Of a stretch of 12,276 nt of DNA, positions 8,601 to 12,276 are shown one piece after another. The stretch is from Tubiluchus corallicola. Its lineage: Eukaryota > Animalia > Priapulida. The position numbers and the translations under genes were made by a program. A model generated the notes under the pieces. That model was not told the DNA's origin. It searched no databases and saw only the letters and a program-made list of their open reading frames with translations. The stretch's first letter is position 1, and every line of letters begins with the position of its first letter. The DNA lies in the NCBI GenBank assembly GCA_030141605.1, contig JAQGDQ010001437.1, positions 28,933-41,208 on the forward strand. The letters are read 5' to 3'.

Positions 8601-11515
8601 CATTTATTAGTTTTGTAGTAATAATTTTAATTGTTTCGTAATTTTCTAATAACTTTTTCAACAGAGAAGCATGGTACCGTTTTATAAGTCCTGCAGGAGA
8701 CCTGATGCCTAATTTCTGCGTGGAGAGATACCACTGCAACACTGTTTCACCAATTTGGTTGATGGGTAGGATTAATTTCAATGATATTTAAACCTTATTG
8801 TTGTTAATTCGTTTGTTATTGTTTTCGTTGTTGTTGCTGTTGACGTAATACATGCAAAATATTCTTGATATTAAATACTAGCATCATATGTGCTACAACA
8901 TGATAAATGTAAAATGTATTACTCTTGGTGCTAAACACTGGCATCATATGTGCTACAACATGATAAATGTAAAATGTATCACTCTTGGTGCTAAACACCG
9001 GCATCATATGTGCTACAACATGATAAATGTAAAATATATTACTCTTGGTGCTAAACACTAGCATCATATGTGCTACAACATGATAAATGTAAAATGTATT
9101 ACTCTTGGTGCTAAACACTGGCATCATATGTGCTACAACATGATAAATGTAAAATGTATCACTCTTGGTGCTAAACACTGGCATCATATGTGCTACAACA
9201 TGATAAATGTAAAAGGTATTACTCTTGGTGCTAAACACCGGCATCATATGTGCTACAACATGATAAATGTAAAATGTATTACTCTTGGTGCTAAACACCG
9301 GCATCATATGTGCTACAACATGATAAATGTAAAATGCATTACTCTTAGTGCTAAACACCGGCATCATATGGTTTGAGTGGCATCAAAACTGTTACTGGTT
9401 GCTTCTTTTTTCATTTTTAAAATATTACAAAACATGTTTTATAAAATATCTTTCTGTAATAAATACATGTTAGATTTTGTCTTACAAAGAACTATTGTTC
9501 TTTGCCTTTGTCTTAGGTGAAAATCCAACTCAAGGCCAAGGTATTGTAAATCGTCAAGCTTGTCAGACTACATCATCGTGTAGCAACAATGTTGGAACGT
9601 GCGAGTCACAATTAATCGACATTCAAGTCAAAAACTGCAGTTCATACGCAGTGTATTATTTACGACCAACCACAGGCTGCACAGCTGCTTACTGTATAGG
9701 TGAGGTTGTAATTAGTTACAGAGGGTTATATAGTAAAAGAGTTAAACAAGTAACTAATTTATAATGAGAAATTTTAATCTTAAGTGTTTAGTGACATTGT
9801 TTACAGGTTTTGGACACAGGCTATTTCGACACAAACATGTTGCACATATAGCTTATTTGAACTTAGGCTGTTTGGACACTAGATGGTGAGTTCAACTATT
9901 TTATGTGCAGAAACTGCAACAACTATCGCAAACAGCATAATTTAGTAAATAAATTAAGATGACAGACTGTCCGAATTTACTTTCGAGAAAGATGCAGTGA
10001 CTTGCCGAAGTTGAGAGAGTTCTGTCCAACCATCAAGCCATTTCTAACATACAAAGGAAGTCAACAGAATGCACCAACCATTCTATATGATGATGGCAAC
10101 ATTTTTACGGATCAAAGCAAAGTGTGTAATATATTTAATAATCACTTTGTGAGTGCAGCTAAGAATATCGGAACAGACATGCCAGAAAGTTTGAGTGAAC
10201 TTGATTAAAAACTCTAGGGTTATCCCACTTGGTGAATTTCACTAGATCATTAAGCGAATCTGATGTGAGTAGACATTTGAGACAAGTACCTCTTCATAAG
10301 GTCATGCCTTCTTTATGGCACACAAATGGCCTATGTGTCCAAATGACCTATGGGTCTAAATCATCTTTGGTCCATATTACCTGTGTGATCGATCCAATTA
10401 CCTGTGTTTAAACAGCCTATGTCTCCAAAACACCTGAAATCCAATAACATTTGTGTTTAAATTTCCGCATACTATAGGAGTAATGTCTTCGCGATCTCGT
10501 GAAGCGACAAAAATTTAAAATATGCAAAAAATGAGCAAAAAAGTTGGTTGAATAATTCTATTACTTTTTTAATTTTCGTACAGGCAAAGAAGAGAAATGC
10601 GAATATGGCCAATGGTCAGAAAATGGTTACACACCGGGCTGTACTGGTTGGTATTACTTGCAAAGCTGAGGCTAGTTAATATAGTCAATATGTAAAGGTG
10701 TGGCTTGGAGCCCCAAAAACTAGATACAAAGCTGAATTATTTAGCATTGCGCATACCTAACCGGGAAAGAAATTTTTAACAAATTTAAAATGTTTGCGCC
10801 AACTGGTAAAACGTCACTGGCTCACTATTTCAATGTGCACCAAAAAGTATCGCCGGCTCAGCAAATGACATGATTATTCTTATCAACAAGATAAAATAGT
10901 TTGTACTTTTACTTAGGTAAAGAAGTTTGTGTGCTACGATTGCTCTGATTATTTTTTCAAACTTTACGCAATGTTATCTAAACTTGTCTCAAATGTTAAA
11001 ATCGCTGAGCCTTATGTTCATCGCGGGAGTTTAATTTAAATGTTCAAGTTTTAAACAGCGTTGCTTCTAACGCTAGCCCTCTATGCAGTAAAGCAGCATG
11101 TAAGTGATACAAAATTTCTAGACGAATTTTTAAGCTTTATCTGTGAAGAATATTTTGCTGTCATTTAAAGACTGAATGAACTTTTTTTATTTCAGATCAG
11201 TATATAAACATGACGAATCCACCATCGCTAAGCGATGGTGCTAGTAATGAAGCTAGACCACAAATACTCTTCCATTGTGACATCGTCAATCAAGAGATAA
11301 TTCCAGAGTCAGAATACCAAGCACAATTTGTTATCAATGGTATTGGAATTGGTGAACCACAAACTGGTCCATTAGAAGATGTGCAACGCATCAGCCTGGA
11401 AGAAAATTCCTGGCAAATGGGTGATGTCATAGGGTGTAGAGTTAGAGGAAGACTGATTGCTTCTGGATCATTTGGGCCGTATCGATACAGCAATACCTTC
11501 GCTACTGGAATTCAG
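5498..11515 (+). CDS. VWDE: VWDE-like secreted protein (von Willebrand factor D and EGF domain-containing protein-like), 5' partial gene: join(5498-5622,6476-6639,8087-8213,8665-8765,9517-9699,10584-10646,11196-11515)
   Basis: All introns are GT-AG with compatible phases (2,1,2,1,1,1, then a phase-0 donor), giving 361 aa with no stop. The D8C-type motifs CD..L..AWYRF, MP.FCV..YHCNT.SPIWL, AC and IQVKNC....VYYLRPT.GC..AYC, plus the downstream (L/M)GD.I.C...S..F..GI motif, mirror the N-terminus of vertebrate VWDE as I recall it. The VWD domain itself is not in the window, so orthology is unproven. Confidence 0.8.
6476..6639 (+). CDS. VWDE: Exon 2: end of the TSP1-like domain and an EGF-like module
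   Basis: Acceptor tttacag. Reads (R)HRKCQGVTEKQVRECGNVCLHHGVFADGACQCALGRTGRCCENVISLSATDEKH, which completes the TSP1 Q.R.R.C motif and contains CLHHG...CQC..G.TG.CCE. Donor G|gtaggg (phase 1). Confidence 0.85.
8087..8213 (+). CDS. VWDE: Exon 3: start of the UMOD/GP2/OIT3-type D8C domain
   Basis: Acceptor ttttattttaaag. Reads GKTRNNDPCFPANHIEVRNQERRSALYKPIPGEDILYCDIAL. Donor AG|gtacag (phase 2). Confidence 0.85.
8665..8765 (+). CDS. VWDE: Exon 4: D8C domain core
   Basis: Acceptor ctttttcaacag. Reads (R)EAWYRFISPAGDLMPNFCVERYHCNTVSPIWLM. Donor G|gtagga (phase 1). Absent from the ORF track. Confidence 0.9.
8881..9370. repeat. 60-bp minisatellite, 8 full copies plus a partial copy, in intron 4
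   Basis: The unit gcatcatatgtgctacaacatgataaatgtaaaatgtattactcttggtgctaaacacYR repeats exactly every 60 nt, with only a few substitutions per copy. A degenerate partial copy lies at ~8851-8880. Confidence 0.97.
9517..9699 (+). CDS. VWDE: Exon 5: C-terminal half of the D8C domain
   Basis: Acceptor tttgtcttag. Reads GENPTQGQGIVNRQACQTTSSCSNNVGTCESQLIDIQVKNCSSYAVYYLRPTTGCTAAYCI. Donor G|gtgagg (phase 1). Confidence 0.9.
9799..10442. mobile_element. Foldback/MULE-like non-autonomous DNA element with inverted arms built from ~15-17-bp subrepeats
   Basis: Left arm (9799-9885) units such as aggctgtttggacac are inverted copies of right arm (10328-10442) units gtgtttaaacagcct and gtgtccaaatgacct. 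The flanks AGTGACATT (9790-9798) and AATAACATT (10443-10451) match at 7/9 and may be a 9-bp TSD. Confidence 0.5.
9921..10290 (+). mobile_element. Internal fragment of a CR1/L2-group LINE ORF2 (linker between endonuclease and RT)
   Basis: Reads NYRKQHNLVNKLR*QTVRIYFRERCSDLPKLREFCPTIKPFLTYKG...TILYDDGNIFTDQSKVCNIFNNHFVSAAKNIG, then ...LSESDVSRHLRQV. This is the typical 'YRKQRN.V..L...FW.TIKPFL...TD...V...FN.YF' segment, with stop codons. Confidence 0.75.
10584..10646 (+). CDS. VWDE: Exon 6: short two-cysteine linker
   Basis: Acceptor ttttcgtacag. Reads GKEEKCEYGQWSENGYTPGCT. Donor G|gttggt (phase 1). It keeps frame between exons 5 and 7. Confidence 0.75.
11196..11515 (+). CDS. VWDE: Exon 7: Ig-like region of the VWDE family
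   Basis: Acceptor ttttttatttcag. Reads DQYINMTNPPSLS...ILFHCDIV...YQAQFVING...ISLEENSWQMGDVIGCRVRG...YRYSNTFATGIQ. Donor CAG|gtagaa (phase 0). Confidence 0.85.
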
Positions 11516-11594
11516 GTAGAAAAGTTAAAATAACGAAGTGGGCTTAGTTAACATTTAAACCCTAACAGATGGCATATGTCGCCCTAAGTAAACA

Positions 11595-12276
11595 AATGCA
11601 GATGTTACTGTTATAGCTTGTCACGTAGGTAGGTTGTAAAATCACGATCAAATTTATCTGGCTCATGAGAATATCAGCATTGCAAAACAATACTTAGAAA
11701 AAGACATAAAGAATATCAACATGGCATTTAATTATAATAAGCAAAAAATGAATGGTGATAAAACAGAATTTATGGTATTATCCCCAACAATTAACAATGC
11801 TGAAAATACAGCTGCTACATCCTTGCAAATAGAAAATGATGCTATCGTGCAGTCAAAAGTTGTTAATTTCTTAGGCGCTAAGTTGGACAACATGCTTACA
11901 CGGGAAGAGCAGTTCATCAACATTTATAAAAAAAAATGGCATTAAGCACTTCGTACCTTTGACAAATCAGAGGACAGCTATCAAAACAAACAAAAATTCT
12001 AATTTACAAAACTTTAATTTTGCCCCCTTATTTATATGCCTGCATACTGTACCAAAAAGTGAAAAGAGAGTCATACAGCAAATTAAATGTACTTCAAAAC
12101 TACGCTTTACGATTAGTTAATGGTCATTCTTTGAAATCATCTCACAATACAAGTAAATATTCTGCCGCCTCTTTAAGAAACTCCACAAAAATCCCCATAT
12201 TGGAAGCCCACAGAGATTATCAAACTCTCCTGTTTCTCTATAAATATATCAAAAATAATGATTTTCCTTTCAAAAA
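11595..12276 (+). mobile_element. Decayed CR1/L2/Crack-group LINE reverse transcriptase fragment in intron 7
   Basis: A degenerate YADD-like motif (ADVTVIACH) at ~11598 is followed by LEKDIKNINMAFNYNKQKMNGDKTEFMVL...VNFLGAKLDNMLTREEQF and ...KILIYKTLILP. These match the 'NKL.LN..KTE.M', 'FLG..LD..L.W' and 'LY..L..P' motifs, with frameshifts. Confidence 0.8.

Noticed and set aside
8881-9370. CRISPR array, or a repeat-protein gene (ORFs 8816-9367 minus and 9068-9376 plus)
   Set aside because: The units are head-to-tail with no unique spacers, there are no cas genes, and the array lies in a spliceosomal intron. The open frames follow from a 60-bp unit lacking a stop in that frame.

Overview
AT-rich animal genomic DNA, most likely from a marine invertebrate (inferred from repeat style and gene type); there are no prokaryotic features. 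The main feature is the 5' part of a spliced + strand gene that the ORF track mostly misses. Seven GT-AG exons (5498-11515) join in phase into 1083 nt / 361 aa with no stop codon. They encode a signal peptide, a TSP1-like module, an EGF-like module, a UMOD/GP2/OIT3-type D8C cysteine-rich domain and an Ig-like region. This is a von Willebrand factor D and EGF domain (VWDE)-like secreted protein that continues past the window. A TATA box precedes it, along with a diverged ~160-167 bp tandem duplication in which both copies keep a TGTTGACTCA (FOX/AP-1-like) motif. The rest is repeat-rich: five decayed non-LTR retrotransposon pieces (one RTE-X-like copy inserted in a (GA)n tract), a foldback/MULE-like element enclosing one of those LINE pieces, putative MITEs, a 60-bp minisatellite and several microsatellites. 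I found no clearly new biological system. The best leads are the TSP1-EGF-extended VWDE-like gene, its duplicated promoter module and two unusual transposon arrangements.
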